A stretch of 62,000 nucleotides of DNA from the NCBI GenBank assembly GCA_951406725.2, contig OX597814.1, forward strand, positions 169,342,001 to 169,404,000, given 5' to 3'. The notes beneath the pieces are model-generated. The model was not told where the DNA came from, searched no databases, and worked only from the letters and a program-made list of their open reading frames with translations. This document shows positions 1 through 11,793 of the stretch, piece after piece. The stretch is from Octopus vulgaris. Lineage: Eukaryota. Positions within the stretch are counted from its first letter, which is position 1; the number at the start of each line of letters is the position of its first letter. The position numbers were made by a program, and so were the translations under genes.

Positions 1-61
1 TGCCAATATATACTAATTTTACAGTATAAATTGATTTGCCTAATAATGGTTTTATCTCTAA

Positions 62-112
<51 letters not shown>

Positions 113-115
<3 letters not shown>

Positions 116-352
116 ACAACTTATAAACAAGGGCAAAAGAAAATTATTTCCATGTCAATATGCTGATAACAGACTCTTAAATTGTCAATTTCCACATATC
201 ATTATATACTCACTGTTGACTAGCTTCCTGATTTCAATACAACATATTTCTATAGTGAGTATATAATGATATGTGGAAATTGACAATTTAAAAGTCTGTT
301 ATCAGCATATTGGCATGGAAATAATTTTCTTTTGCCCTTGTTTATAAGTTGT

Positions 353-355
<3 letters not shown>
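113..355. repeat. Fold-back palindrome (102-bp arms, 39-bp spacer) flanked by (TA)n on both sides; MITE-like or Penelope-terminus-like
   Basis: 113-214 is the reverse complement of 254-355 with 2 mismatches. Confidence 0.9.
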
Positions 356-411
<56 letters not shown>

Positions 412-422
412 GTTCAAATTTA

Positions 423-600
423 CAGAAAAACAAAAGATGAAGACAGGTGTTGGAACAACAAGCAGGTGTATTGGTTTAACACTTTGGAAAAATGGAGAAG
501 TCTTTTACATTTCCTGCTTATGCTCTTCAACAGAAAAGAATAAGAAGAAAAAATGGAGAGAGAACAACTGTGAAATTCAGCAGTCCAACATGGTGAGTTG
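423..600 (-). mobile_element. Short interspersed element with hammerhead-like motif (Penelope-like terminus family), copy 1
   Basis: Similar to 22475-22620; minus strand 539-501 reads TCTTTT-CTGTTGA-A-GAGC..GCAG-GAAAT-GTA-AAAGA. Confidence 0.55.
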
Positions 601-667
601 ATTCTTTTATTCTTATATTCTTTTATATGTTTCAGCGTTGTGGCTGTGGCCATGCTGGGATAATAAA

Positions 668-698
<31 letters not shown>

Positions 699-736
699 TG
701 TATGTATGTATGTATGTATGTATATATATGTATATG

Positions 737-914
737 TAGGTCCCGGGTTGAGTCGGGGTTAACCACAGTAAATAAGGTACTCAATACATAGCAGAGTAAA
801 TTAATTTATTTTATAGAAGGAGCTTCTACAGGACTAGAACTGTTTCATTCAAAAGAAATCATCTTTTGAATGAAACAGTTCTAGTCCTGTAGAAGTTCCT
901 TCTATAAAATAAAT
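737..914. mobile_element. TA-flanked element ending in a 53-bp-arm hairpin that contains a truncated hammerhead-like core
   Basis: 804-856 vs 862-914 inverted, 1 mismatch, 5-nt loop; minus strand reads GATGA-TTTCTTTTGAAT-GAAAC-AGTTCTA-GTC. Confidence 0.7.
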
Positions 915-930
915 ATATATATATATATAG

Positions 931-1311
931 GTGCAGGAGTGGCTGTGTGGTAAGTAGCTTGTTTACCAACTACATGGTTCCGGGTTCAGTCCCATGTGCG
1001 GCACTTTGGGCAAGTGTCTTCTACTATAGCCTGTGAGTGGATTTGGTAGACGGAAACTGAAAGAAGCCCATCGTATATATGTATATATATATATGCGTGT
1101 GTGTGTTTATGTGTCTGTGTTTGACCCCTAGCATTGCTTGACAACCGATGCTGGTGTGTTTATGTCCCCGTTACTTAGCGGTTCGGCAAAAGAGACTGAT
1201 AGAATAAGTACTGGGCTTACAAAAGAATAAGTCCTGGGGTCGAGTTGCTCGATTAAAGGCGGTGCTCCAGCATGGCCGCAGTCAAATGACTGAAACAAGT
1301 AAAAGAGTAAA

Positions 1312-1313
<2 letters not shown>
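931..1313 (+). mobile_element. tRNA-derived SINE family A (CORE-like centre), full length, young
   Basis: A box TGGCTGTGTGG, B box GGTTCAGTCC, CORE-like CTTTGGGCAAGTGTCTT, tail GTAAAAGA repeats; CpGs intact; more than 10 homologous copies in the window. Confidence 0.9.
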
Positions 1314-1348
<35 letters not shown>

Positions 1349-1433
1349 CTTTTAAGTGTTTAGAAATCTGATGATCATATGTCTCAAAAGTTTTTCTGAC
1401 ACATCAAATATTCATTATAATTTAAGAATTTTA

Positions 1434-1577
1434 TCATTTCAGTGTCAGTGCATTAAGAACTACTCGATCGACTAATGTTTGCTTCATGTTTCTTTCATAT
1501 TTCTTTTGCATGGATACATCATCAGTATAGTTATTTTTTATTTTTCTATTACCCCTTTCATTTTGCTTATGCCTTTT
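1434..1577 (-). CDS. Candidate terminal coding exon of an unidentified gene (KRHKQNERG...LNALTLK*)
   Basis: AG acceptor at 1578-1579, 47 open codons then TGA; phase 0 matches the candidate upstream exon 2688-2728; acceptor lacks a strong pyrimidine tract. Confidence 0.3.
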   Translation of the reverse strand, partial: KRHKQNERGNRKIKNNYTDDVSMQKKYERNMKQTLVDRVVLNALTLK

Positions 1578-2185
1578 CTGAAGATATACTTAAATATGTA
1601 TTTTTCAATTTTATTTTTGTTTATTTCGTTTTGGCTATTCAATATATAATTTACAAAAATTGCTGGGTTTTTTTTTTTTTTTTTTTTTTGTTAAATAACA
1701 CTGAAATAACAGAGAAAATGAGAAAGAAGAAATTTGAAAACAAAGTTTTTGTAAAGCTAATTTAGTACAGCTTAAATTTTCTAGTGTGTGATAATAGCAG
1801 AAAATTAGTTTTGATAGGTTTTTCAAAACTCAATATAGTATATCCAAAATGATTTGTGAAAAATCTGATTAACATTTGATTTAAAATATTTTTTTTTTCT
1901 CCTCTCATTTCTAGTGGTATTATGTTCACAATTTCTGAAATGTATTTCCTATTTCATATTATCATCAAAATCATCATCATCATTATTATTATTATTTTGC
2001 TTCAATATATTTTCTCTCCCTTCAAATAAATGACTGCCATAGAGATAATATGAGAAAGAATATATTTAATTTCAAATAATATATTTTAAGGTCCTCTCTC
2101 TCTCTCTCTCTCTCTCCTTCAACTGCTTCTTTTTGTCATCTGTCTAGTGCAATTCCTACCCTCCATTTTTTATCCATCCATTATC

Positions 2186-2639
2186 TTTTGTCCTTGACTT
2201 GTTTCAGTCATTTGACTGTGGCCATGCTAGGGCACTGCTTTGAGGGATTTTAGTCAAACCAAGCAACCCTATTATTATTATTATTATTATTATCATCATC
2301 ATCATCATCATCATTATTATTATTGTTTAAAAACCTGGTACTTATTCTATTAAACTCTTTTGCTGAGCTGCTAAGTTACAGGGATGTAACCACACAAAAA
2401 CAGGTTGTCAAATGATGGTGGGGGACAAATACAGACACAAAGACACACACACATAGATATAAATTCATATACATATACGATGAGCTTCTTTCAGTTTCCA
2501 CCTACCACATCCACTCACAAGGCTTTGGTTGGCCCCAGGCTATAGTAGAAAACATTTGCCCGATGTGCCACACAGTGGAACTAAACTTGGAACCTTGTAG
2601 TTGGGATACAAACTTCTTACCACACAACCATGCCAGTGC
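2186..2639 (-). mobile_element. SINE family A, CpG-decayed copy
   Basis: Reverse complement of 931-1313 with many CG to TG/CA changes and an internal (ATT/CAT)n. Confidence 0.85.
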
Positions 2640-2687
2640 TTATATATTTATATAATCAAAAAGCATGTTCTTTGTCCATCTCCTTAC

Positions 2688-2899
2688 CTTCTTGGAGGTT
2701 TTAGGTAAAATTATACCAAGGTGTCCAACTGTTTTAATTTAATTTAATTCTATGTATTTATGCAGCTGAGGATTGCTCTGCATTTAAATTGTTGTAATGA
2801 TTGTATTGTTCAATTAAATGGAGTCACTTGAAACGATCATACTGCATTACCTCTGGATATTCTGTTGCTTATTTTGATTTTAATCACCGTATTTTGAAA
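2688..2899 (-). CDS. Two candidate internal exons, 2851-2899 (FQNTVIKIKISNRISR) and 2688-2728 (V-GHLGIILPKTSKK)
   Basis: Donors AG/gtaatg and AAG/gtaagg, AG acceptors, 122-nt intron, phases 0-1 then 1-0 with an open frame. Confidence 0.3.
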
Positions 2900-3060
2900 C
2901 TGTATGGATAATACCGTACTAAATTCTGGTGCCTCAACTTAAGTACCTAATTCATCTGAATCTAAATTTTTGCTTATATATATCGTCTATCTGGATGTTT
3001 TGTTGTCACATTTTTGTATCACCTAACTGTCTGGATGTTTTGCGTTCTTGTCCCATTTTG

Positions 3061-3108
<48 letters not shown>

Positions 3109-3856
3109 TAGATAGATAGATAGATAGATGGATATATAGTGGTGTACATACACTTTGGTCTCTTATATGTAAGTATACATTTTTCTAAATCTTGTACAGC
3201 TCTATTTCTGTCTATCAGCCCTTTCACGCTCCACTCTTCGTTCTTTCATTCCCCCTCTCTCACATTTCTTTGCCTTCTCTTCTTGCTCACTTTCCCTCCA
3301 CCTTTCACTTCACTGTGTCCCTGTCATTTTTTCTCGCTCCTCCTTAATTCTTCTGTCCCTCTGCCTCTACCTCTCTCTCTTCTCTTCCCACATGACCGGT
3401 GTTCAGCCAAGACTGATCTTTCTTTCTTGGTCTGGCCATTGTCCGTGCAACATTGATATTCCTCTCTGTGCCTGTAAAATCTTGTATCCCTGCGATAACA
3501 CTTTATTTCCACATATGTCAGCTTAATTTAATTCTTCCTTACTCGAAAGACACCTGTTGTTATGTCCTGCTATTATTTTTATTGTATCTGTGTAAACATT
3601 ATCTGTTTTTTTCCATCCTTGTTTTTGTATACATTCGCTGCTTTCTTCCAAGGAATCTAATGCAAACTGTCAAATTTAGCCCAAACACCATGTATATTCA
3701 TCAAAACCAGGCTAGCATGGAAAATTGGGTTTAAAAACAAATCACAATATCTTCTCTCTGCGCACCAACCACACACTTGCATACACTCAGCAGCATGGCT
3801 ACAGTCTTTGGGTTGAAATGCATAAAAAAATAATTGAATGTATATATTATTTTATT

Positions 3857-4263
3857 CTTCTACTTGTTTCAGTCATTTTGACACTGGCCATGCTGGAGCA
3901 CCACCTTAAAGGTTTTTTTAATTCTTTTTTTAGTCAAAGCAATTGACCCTAGGACTTATTCTTTGTAAGCCTAGTACTTATTCTACCAGTCTCTTTTGCT
4001 GAACTGCTAAGTTATGGGAATGTAAACACACCAACACTGGTTGTCAAGCAATGGTGGTAGGGACAAATGGTGGTAGGGACAAACATAGACACAAAGACAC
4101 ATACACATAAATATATGTGTGTGTGTATAAAATGAGTTTCTTTCAGTTTCTGTCTACCTGATCTACTCACAGAAATTACTTGTCCAAGGTGCCATGCAGT
4201 GGGACTGAACCTGAAACCATGTATTGAGAAATAAGCTTCTTACCATGTAGCCGTGCCTGTGCC
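3857..4263 (-). mobile_element. SINE family A, CpG-decayed copy
   Basis: Homologous to 931-1313 in reverse orientation. Confidence 0.85.
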
Positions 4264-4496
4264 TTTTCATAAATACACATATAGTTTATTGTTTTGTTAA
4301 GGTGAGATCAACAAAAAGATAGTCCATCTAGTATGAGATGAATATCATTTAATGTATACAGTATAAAGATATTATTTGTTTGCTATGGAATCACATGTCT
4401 AGACAGGTTTTAATACCACACCTTATGTCTCCAAGAAATCTTCAGGTCTGAGCACATGCTCTGCTCTATTTGAAAATCAGGATGTGGATACATGAG

Positions 4497-5131
4497 AAAC
4501 TAGAAAAGCACTCGGAGAGCGCAAACCTCCGCCAAGCAGCTCATTTCTACCCATATACACGTATGCTGAAAATCCCCCACTTTCCCAAACCAACGCCGGC
4601 AAAAACATAACTTCATTGGTGGGGTTTAAAAAAAATAACACAGCCATATAATCTTTAAAAAAAACCCTTTAAAAACAGGAATCATCTGAAGCAGTTATAA
4701 TACATCAATGACAACAGCAAGCTAGTTTCACCATACAACTAAAAAGAAACAACAATTACCTAAAACTTGAGTGATACACACACAACACAAGTAAAATTAC
4801 TAATAGAGAAAAGAAAATAAACTTTGGAAACAGCAACACCACCATAGGTTACATTGAAATGATGAACGTGTTTCCAAGGGAGATAATCAGAGAACGTAAC
4901 GTTGTAATACTTCATGTAAAGTAAATATAACAAATGAAAAATCCTTCAAGAATCCATAAAGATTTCCGGATCACTACCAAAATTTCATCATCTGTTCCTT
5001 GTGTCATTACCAATTTTTTCTGCAAGTTTCATCAAATACAGTTCACAACTTTTTGAGTTATTTTGCACAGAGACGGACAGACGGACAACCAACGCTGATG
5101 AAAACATAATCTCCTTCCTTGGTGGAGGTAA
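4497..5131. mobile_element. Non-autonomous Helentron/DINE-type (HINE-like) element
   Basis: Starts AACTAGAAAAGCACTCGGAGAGCG; sub-terminal inverted motif ACCTCCGCCAAG (4521) vs CTTGGTGGAGGT (about 5118); (GGAC)n array near the 3' end. Confidence 0.6.
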
Positions 5132-5339
5132 TCACGAGAAAAAACTTTTATTAAAATGTTATTAAAACCTGCCTAGACACGTGATTCCACAGCAAGAAAC
5201 TGTTAGCAACTTGTAACTTTATCATGTGTACATTAAATGCAGAATAGGTAGATGTACCTACCAACACTACCATCAATTGCTGCATTCTTGTTCTTATTGC
5301 TATTATTACTAATATCACCCAATGTCTGGTCAGACAAAG

Positions 5340-5421
5340 GAGCGTGGTCTTATACAAAACTATGAGAGAATGTATAGGAGGAATGTATAAGAAATAGAAA
5401 GAGAGAAAAGATGGAAAAGAT

Positions 5422-5463
<42 letters not shown>

Positions 5464-5880
5464 AGTGCAAGAGTGAGCAGGAAAAGAAATAGATGGAGAG
5501 TAAGGTGGGAAAAGAGGAGACAGTAAAAGAAACAGAGAGGGAGAGAAAAAACAGATAAAAATTGTGGAAGAGAGGATGAAAAAATATGAATGAAAAAAAG
5601 CTAAGAAAGAGAGAAATAAAGAAGAGAAGAAACTGAGGGAAGAAACTGAAGAAAAATCAGGAGAGAAGAAGAGAGAGAAAGAAAGAGAGAGAGCACAATA
5701 GTGAGAAGGAAAAGAAATAGATGATAAAAAGAGAGATAAAAAAGCAGGTAAAAATTGTGCAAGAGAGGATGAAAAAAAAAATGAATGAAGAAAGCTAAGA
5801 AAGAGAGAAATAAAGAAGAGAAGAAACTGAGGAAAGATCAGGAGAGAAGGAGAGAGGGAGAGAGAGAGAGAGAGAGAGAG
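5340..5880. repeat. GA-rich low-complexity tract with an internal duplication (about 5557-5640 vs 5750-5835)
   Basis: Direct reading. Confidence 0.8.
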
Positions 5881-6110
5881 AAAGAATTATATGAAGGAGA
5901 GTTAAAAGAAGACCTTTGTGTTAGTGATAATTTTGATCAATAAGTCTTCCTTTCAGGAATGAGATGTGTGCTGAAAGAGGAAAAATCCACGACAGCTGGA
6001 ACTGCTGAGGAATACGAGGAATCAAGAGTGTTGAATGGTAGTGGATTATAAAGAAGGAAGGATAGACTCTATGAGTGTGTGTGTGTGTGTGTGTGCGTGT
6101 GTGTGTATGT

Positions 6111-6149
<39 letters not shown>

Positions 6150-6274
6150 TGCTTGTAACAGTTGCTTTTTAAGAATTTTTTTTTAGCAACACTAGAGAAA
6201 ATGGAAATGAATATGAAGCATGTCATTGTTGTAAAGGGAGACTCTGAAAATATATAGATAGACGTATACATATG

Positions 6275-6289
<15 letters not shown>

Positions 6290-6318
<29 letters not shown>

Positions 6319-6585
6319 GTTTAACGTCCGTTTTCCATGCTAGCATGGGTTGGACGATTTTGACTGAGGGCTGGCAAAACAGATGGCTGCACCAGGCTCC
6401 AATCTTGATCTGGCAGAGTTTCTACAGCTGGATGCCCTTCCTAATGCCAACCACTCTGAGAGTGTAGTGGGTGCTTTTTACACACCACCGGCACAGGGGC
6501 CAATCAGGCAGTACTGGCAACAACCTCGCTCAAATCTTTTTACATATGCCACCGGCACAGGTGCCAGTAAGGCAACGTTGGTAAC
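6290..6585 (-). mobile_element. RTE-tail SINE (family C) with (GAT)n tail
   Basis: Shares the tail of the RTE LINE at 34479-34660 (CATGCTAGCATGGGTTGGACG...GGATGCCCTTCCTAA). Confidence 0.85.
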
Positions 6586-6657
6586 ATATATTGGTATGTG
6601 TGTGTGTATACATATATATATATATATATACACACACACAATACACATACATATATT

Positions 6658-6684
6658 GTGAAGGCACATGGCTTAGTGGTTAAG

Positions 6685-6723
<39 letters not shown>

Positions 6724-7039
6724 ATACATATACATATATTGTGAAGGCACATAGCTTAGTGGTAAAGGTGTTGCACTCGTGATTGCAAGATTGTGGTTTC
6801 GATTCCCAGACCGAGCGTTGCGTTGTGTTCTTGAACAAATTACTTCATTTCACGTTGCTCTGCGATCATTTTGATATCTGATATGTGGCACCCATTGCAC
6901 CTGTACAGGTAATGTCGATCTGATGGAGAGAGTGAGCTTATGTCTACACAAACATTTCATCATTATGAACAAATCATCTGCGTGGTTGTTCAGTAAAAAA
7001 TTGTTGAACCCTCATACATCATCTAACAAAGAGAGAGTT

Positions 7040-7045
<6 letters not shown>
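6658..7045 (+). mobile_element. tRNA-derived SINE with a tandemly duplicated 5' end
   Basis: A box TGGCTTAGTGG, B box GTTTCGATTCC; head plus upstream microsatellite repeated (6600-6690 vs 6685-6770). Confidence 0.8.
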
Positions 7046-7097
<52 letters not shown>

Positions 7098-8171
7098 TAT
7101 TATTTGAGGGAATAAAATCCAAACTTACAAGGAAAAAAATTCAATTTAGAAATACTAAATCAAATTTCACACAATATAATATATATAAAAAAAAATTAGA
7201 AAAAAAACACCTTTTATCAATTCAAAATGAACAATTAAATTATACCATCTAGAAAATTACATATAATAGAAATATTAAAATTAAAATAACAATAAAATGT
7301 CAATGATTAAGTAAATTGCAAAAAAATAATAAAAACGTATATGATTGGTAGAATATAGATATGGTTAGTGAGAGCTGTGCAAGCCATGTACAGTGGCTTG
7401 CAAAAGTCTACATCCCCTTTGAAAATTTATATATTTTATATTATTTAACAGGGAACAACACATTTTTTCAATTCCAATGATCGTTAAATAATAAGCAGAT
7501 CCATCACACTTTCCTTTGATATAAAAATTTCATTCTAAAAATTTCACACTGATTCTTAAAATCATATAACTTAGAAAAATGTCTTTGCAAATGTCTACAC
7601 TTGCCAGATATTATACTGTGTTATCAGGTAGTTTGTCATTGATGTATACAATCCAAAACAATCAAAAGTGACATGTGCGTTCTACCATAACAAACAAACT
7701 TGGCCAGTCTATCATTTTGCTATATAAGGAGATTTAACTGCCTACAAAATCATTCACCACATGGTTTTTCGGTATGTTAAACGATGTTGATGATGATGAT
7801 AATGATGATGATGACGTATGAGCATTCAGTTTTTGCCAAACATCCTGTATAAATGATTTGTTTATGGTGATCAAGTCTTCATGCCGCACATTAGCTCACT
7901 CTCTCCATCAAATAGACATTAAAATAAACCCATTACCAGTAAAGAAAGTATATGAAAGACTTCCGAGATGAGTTCAATAAATTCACTTGCCGTGGGGAGT
8001 GAAGAATCTAATATTCCTGGCTGTTGCCCACAGCCATGCAACAACCTCTCTTTCTCTGTCTCAGACCAAAGGTTATGCTTCGAATATTTAGGTTTTGAAT
8101 TCTCACAGGAACTCAAAATGTTATGTTAATTCAAGAACAGACTTTTAGGTGATAACTCAAGTTTCCTAATT

Positions 8172-8490
8172 GTTCTATATTTAAGAGATGAGGAATTATG
8201 TACATTATATGCCCATGGGCATATGGCATAGTGGTTAAGAGTGTGTGCTACTAACACCAAGATTCCGAGTTCAATTCCAAGCAGTGACCTGAACAATAAC
8301 CATAATAATAATAATTATAATAACAATAATAGTAATAACAAGATCAAAAAATACTTTAGAAATAAGGACCCAGGTTTGAAATTTTCCCAAGACACCTGAA
8401 GAAGGCTGAAGGGTATATCAGCTGAAATGTTGTGTTAATAACAAACAAGATGAGGACAAATGTCTGTTGAATGTAAATAATGCAAATAAT
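8172..8490 (+). mobile_element. tRNA-headed element carrying a Penelope-type minimal hammerhead-like motif and an inverted 5' piece
   Basis: A box 8224-8234, B box 8269-8278, (AAT)n, GACAC-CTGAAGA-A-GGCTG..CAGCT-GAAA-TGTT-GTGTT at 8391-8436. Confidence 0.65.
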
Positions 8491-8807
8491 GTCAAGTTCT
8501 TGAATTTTACTTGAAAGGAAGTTTCTATTTCACTGAAATGAAATAATTTCTGCTGCTTTATTTCAGCATTTTCTGACCAGGATTACTCAAGAAAGCACTA
8601 GATATTCCTCTGGAAAAGTGCATTTTCGAGTAATTATTTTGTGTTTAATTCTATGCTTGCAGTTTTATTGTACTACCAAATCAGATTCCTTGGTAGTAAA
8701 GAGATTCTTGTGGGAAAGGTCAAGAAGTTAAAACATTGATAAACAAGGTTCCTCAAAAGTGAAATGGTTCCAAGAGGCTGTTGTATTCCTTCAGTATGTA
8801 TATATAT

Positions 8808-8988
8808 TCTTTTATTCTTTTACTTGTTTCAGGCATTAGACTGTGGCCATGCTGGGGCACTGTCTTGAATTTTTCAGTCGAATTGACTTCTTTTTTTAAG
8901 CCTAGTACTTATCCTATCAGTCACCGTTGCTGAACCGCTAAGTTATGAGGACATAAACACACCAACACTAGTTGTCAAATGGTGGTGA

Positions 8989-9029
<41 letters not shown>

Positions 9030-9200
9030 CAATGAGCTTCTTTCAGTTTCCATCTACCAAATCCACTCACAAGGCTTTGATCAGCTTAGACTTTTTTGGG
9101 GACAACCAAATCGAACCATCTCAAGGTGCCTTGCAGTGGGACTGAACCTGGAACCATGTGTTTGGAAAGCAAGCTTCTTTCTACACAGTCATGCCTGCGC
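8808..9200 (-). mobile_element. SINE family A
   Basis: Homology to 931-1313. Confidence 0.85.
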
Positions 9201-9550
9201 CTCTATATACTGTATATATATATCACACACATAGAGTCTCTCACACGCATGCATGCACATACAAGTGAGTATACAAACAAAAGGAAGTAACACTGTGTGC
9301 TCAGTAAGAGTTACTTATATTTTATAGTAATAGTTTGACTCAGCTCCATCTGACTTAATGTTTCATGGGCTTATAGGATGAATCTATCTCATCGGTTCAT
9401 GAAATATTTGTGGTGGCTTGGTGCTTTTATTCAGTTTCTGTCTTCTTGATAGGACATTGTCCGTTGTCAAAATACATAATTTTATACAGAAAGTATTTAT
9501 AATTTATGCCTACCATGAATAAATAAATAAATAAATTAAGTAATTAATAA

Positions 9551-9584
<34 letters not shown>

Positions 9585-9627
9585 TATAGAAAAACCATTA
9601 TTCCCTCTAAGTTTGGAGTTTTATTAT

Positions 9628-9744
<117 letters not shown>

Positions 9745-10323
9745 TACAGAGAGAGAGAGAGAATTCACTTTGTAGAGACACTATGAAAAAGACTGTCTGA
9801 TACAGACTATATAAATAATAATTGACAGACAGACAAACATACAGATGGATAGATAGATAGAAGGAATTCTGTGTGTCTGTGTTTGAATTAAGAGAGATGT
9901 TGGTAGAATTGAGTAAATAGAAACCAAAATGAAAAAAAAATCTGAACAATTTTATTCAGAGAAATATTGGAGAATTCTGTCTGTGAAATGTCGTTAGTGT
10001 TATTAGCAAAATGCTATGATCGTCTGTTTAATAGACTGTGCTCGTCTGTTTTTAATAGAACTGTGATCGTCTGCCTTTTCACCATTATTCAAGCAGACGA
10101 CACTCAAGTATATACTTCGTTGTTAGATGTCTAGCACTGCATCAGTCAATGGTTCGTGCCACCAATAACATCGTTTAGATGTGTACTAAACACACACACA
10201 CATAATTTTATTTCTATCATGTATTACTGCACTTCACTTAAGAATTTTTTAGGCAAAGTGTGGATGCAATTGGGGCAAGGTTTGTGAACTTAACTTTAGC
10301 TTGAAATTCTACGTTCTTTCCTC

Positions 10324-10740
10324 GGATCTTTTCAGTTTGAACGGCAGTTTTTAACATAATTTCTAGGTGACAAAAAAATTTAAAACTTCGTATAATGGTA
10401 GAATGTGTTTAAAAGCATCTTTTTCTCTTGGCTTTATTGAGAAAATTCTATAGTTTGTAAGATATTTTTTGTTTTCTTTTCTTCAATTTCTGCAATTTCA
10501 ACCAATCACTGACGTCTATTGAGTTAAAAAACATTCTGTGCCATATGAATATGTCCCTCGTTTAAGAAACAGATTGGGTTTATTTACATTTGTGAAGAAA
10601 AAAAGATACTCTTCCCCCCACCCCTAACCTTAACCCTAAAACAGATTGCTATGCAACAGATCAATACTAGGGTCATAATTATGGGTGACAATTTCATATG
10701 ACACCACTAGAAAAAACTGCCGTTCAAACCAAAAAGATCC
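10324..10740. mobile_element. MITE with GG-starting 29-bp TIRs and 8-bp TSD (Merlin- or hAT/MULE-like)
   Basis: TIR GGATCTTTT(CA/TG)GTTTGAACGGCAGTTTTT; TSD CTTTCCTC at 10316-10323 and 10741-10748. Confidence 0.85.
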
Positions 10741-11128
10741 CTTTCCTCCGTCAGTGTTGCTTGCCACGGATATATACACACAGTTATTCCATTTTAGACT
10801 TACTTCCTTAAAAAAAAATTAGCCTACTGAGAAACATTTTCATCTGTTGTACGACTTTCATAACTGCCAGCAATTTTGAGGAGTCGGTTAATCGATTAAA
10901 TCAATCCCTATACTTGACCGGTACTTCATTTCATCGACCCCGGAGGGATGGAATGTAGAATTTGACAATGCTTGACAAAACAGTAATTCCTCGTATAAAC
11001 TGTTTTATCCAAATATATGACAAAATATCAATAACTGATCCATATTTCTAATGTCGGAATTCTCATTCAATTGAATGGTAAATTTAATACTTTTGGCAGT
11101 TATTTCAATAAACTGCTGAAATTAGTTA

Positions 11129-11793
11129 CAGGTCCTTGTCGACTTACGACCTATCCGACTTACGACCGATTGACTTTACAAAGACTGATGTGTCAGCTCC
11201 CGGTAGCAATAATAAATAGTTCAGTTGAAATCTAATGAGTTTAATTTCTTAGCAATTAACCCATCTATGGACGATGTCAGCTAACAAACGTTTCCCCTAG
11301 GTTTGGTTATTGATCGTCACTGTGTTGGATGACTATCCTGTCACGGAGATATTGAGGTACCACATATTTTTTTGTAAGACGACCGCTTCAGACTCTGAAA
11401 TTTTTGACTAACGCCTGTATAATAGTATAATACAGAATGATGTGTGTAACCATTACCTGTGAATGTACCTTACCCTTTTGTTACTGTATTTATTTTGAGA
11501 TGCTCTGTGTTTCTTCCAATTATTTTAAATATAACAAAGAATTTAGTAAAATAACATTGTTATCATTAAGCTAGTGTTAGGAACATAAATTGTGACTAAG
11601 ATTTAGTGGAAGATTTGAATTCAAAACTTATGAAAACAAGACATTTATACTAAAGAGCCAGAGCCGGTTTCAGCCGGGTTGGTAATGAAAGGGTTAAGAA
11701 TGTAAAATTATAAAACAAAGCTATGTAGGCCTATAGGTCGACTTTCAACCAGTCAGTCAGAACCAATTATGGTCATAAGTCGATGACAACCTG
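11129..11793. mobile_element. pogo/Tigger-like non-autonomous DNA transposon
   Basis: TA flanks; TIRs CAGGT..TCGACTTACGACC and GGTCATAAGTCGA..ACCTG. Confidence 0.7.
11473..11693. mobile_element. piggyBac-like MITE nested in the pogo-like element
   Basis: TIR CCCTTTTGTTAC / GTAATGAAAGGG followed by TTAA; same TIR type as 50434-51481. Confidence 0.75.

Noticed and set aside
7990-8730. Small spliced ORF MQQPLFLCLRPK-HFLTRITQESTRYSSGKVHFR-FYCTTK...
   Set aside because: Splice sites are plausible, but the product is only about 55 aa with no recognisable motif and the frame choice is not unique
10620-10640. Interstitial telomere
   Set aside because: Only about three imperfect CCTAAC units, internal to a MITE
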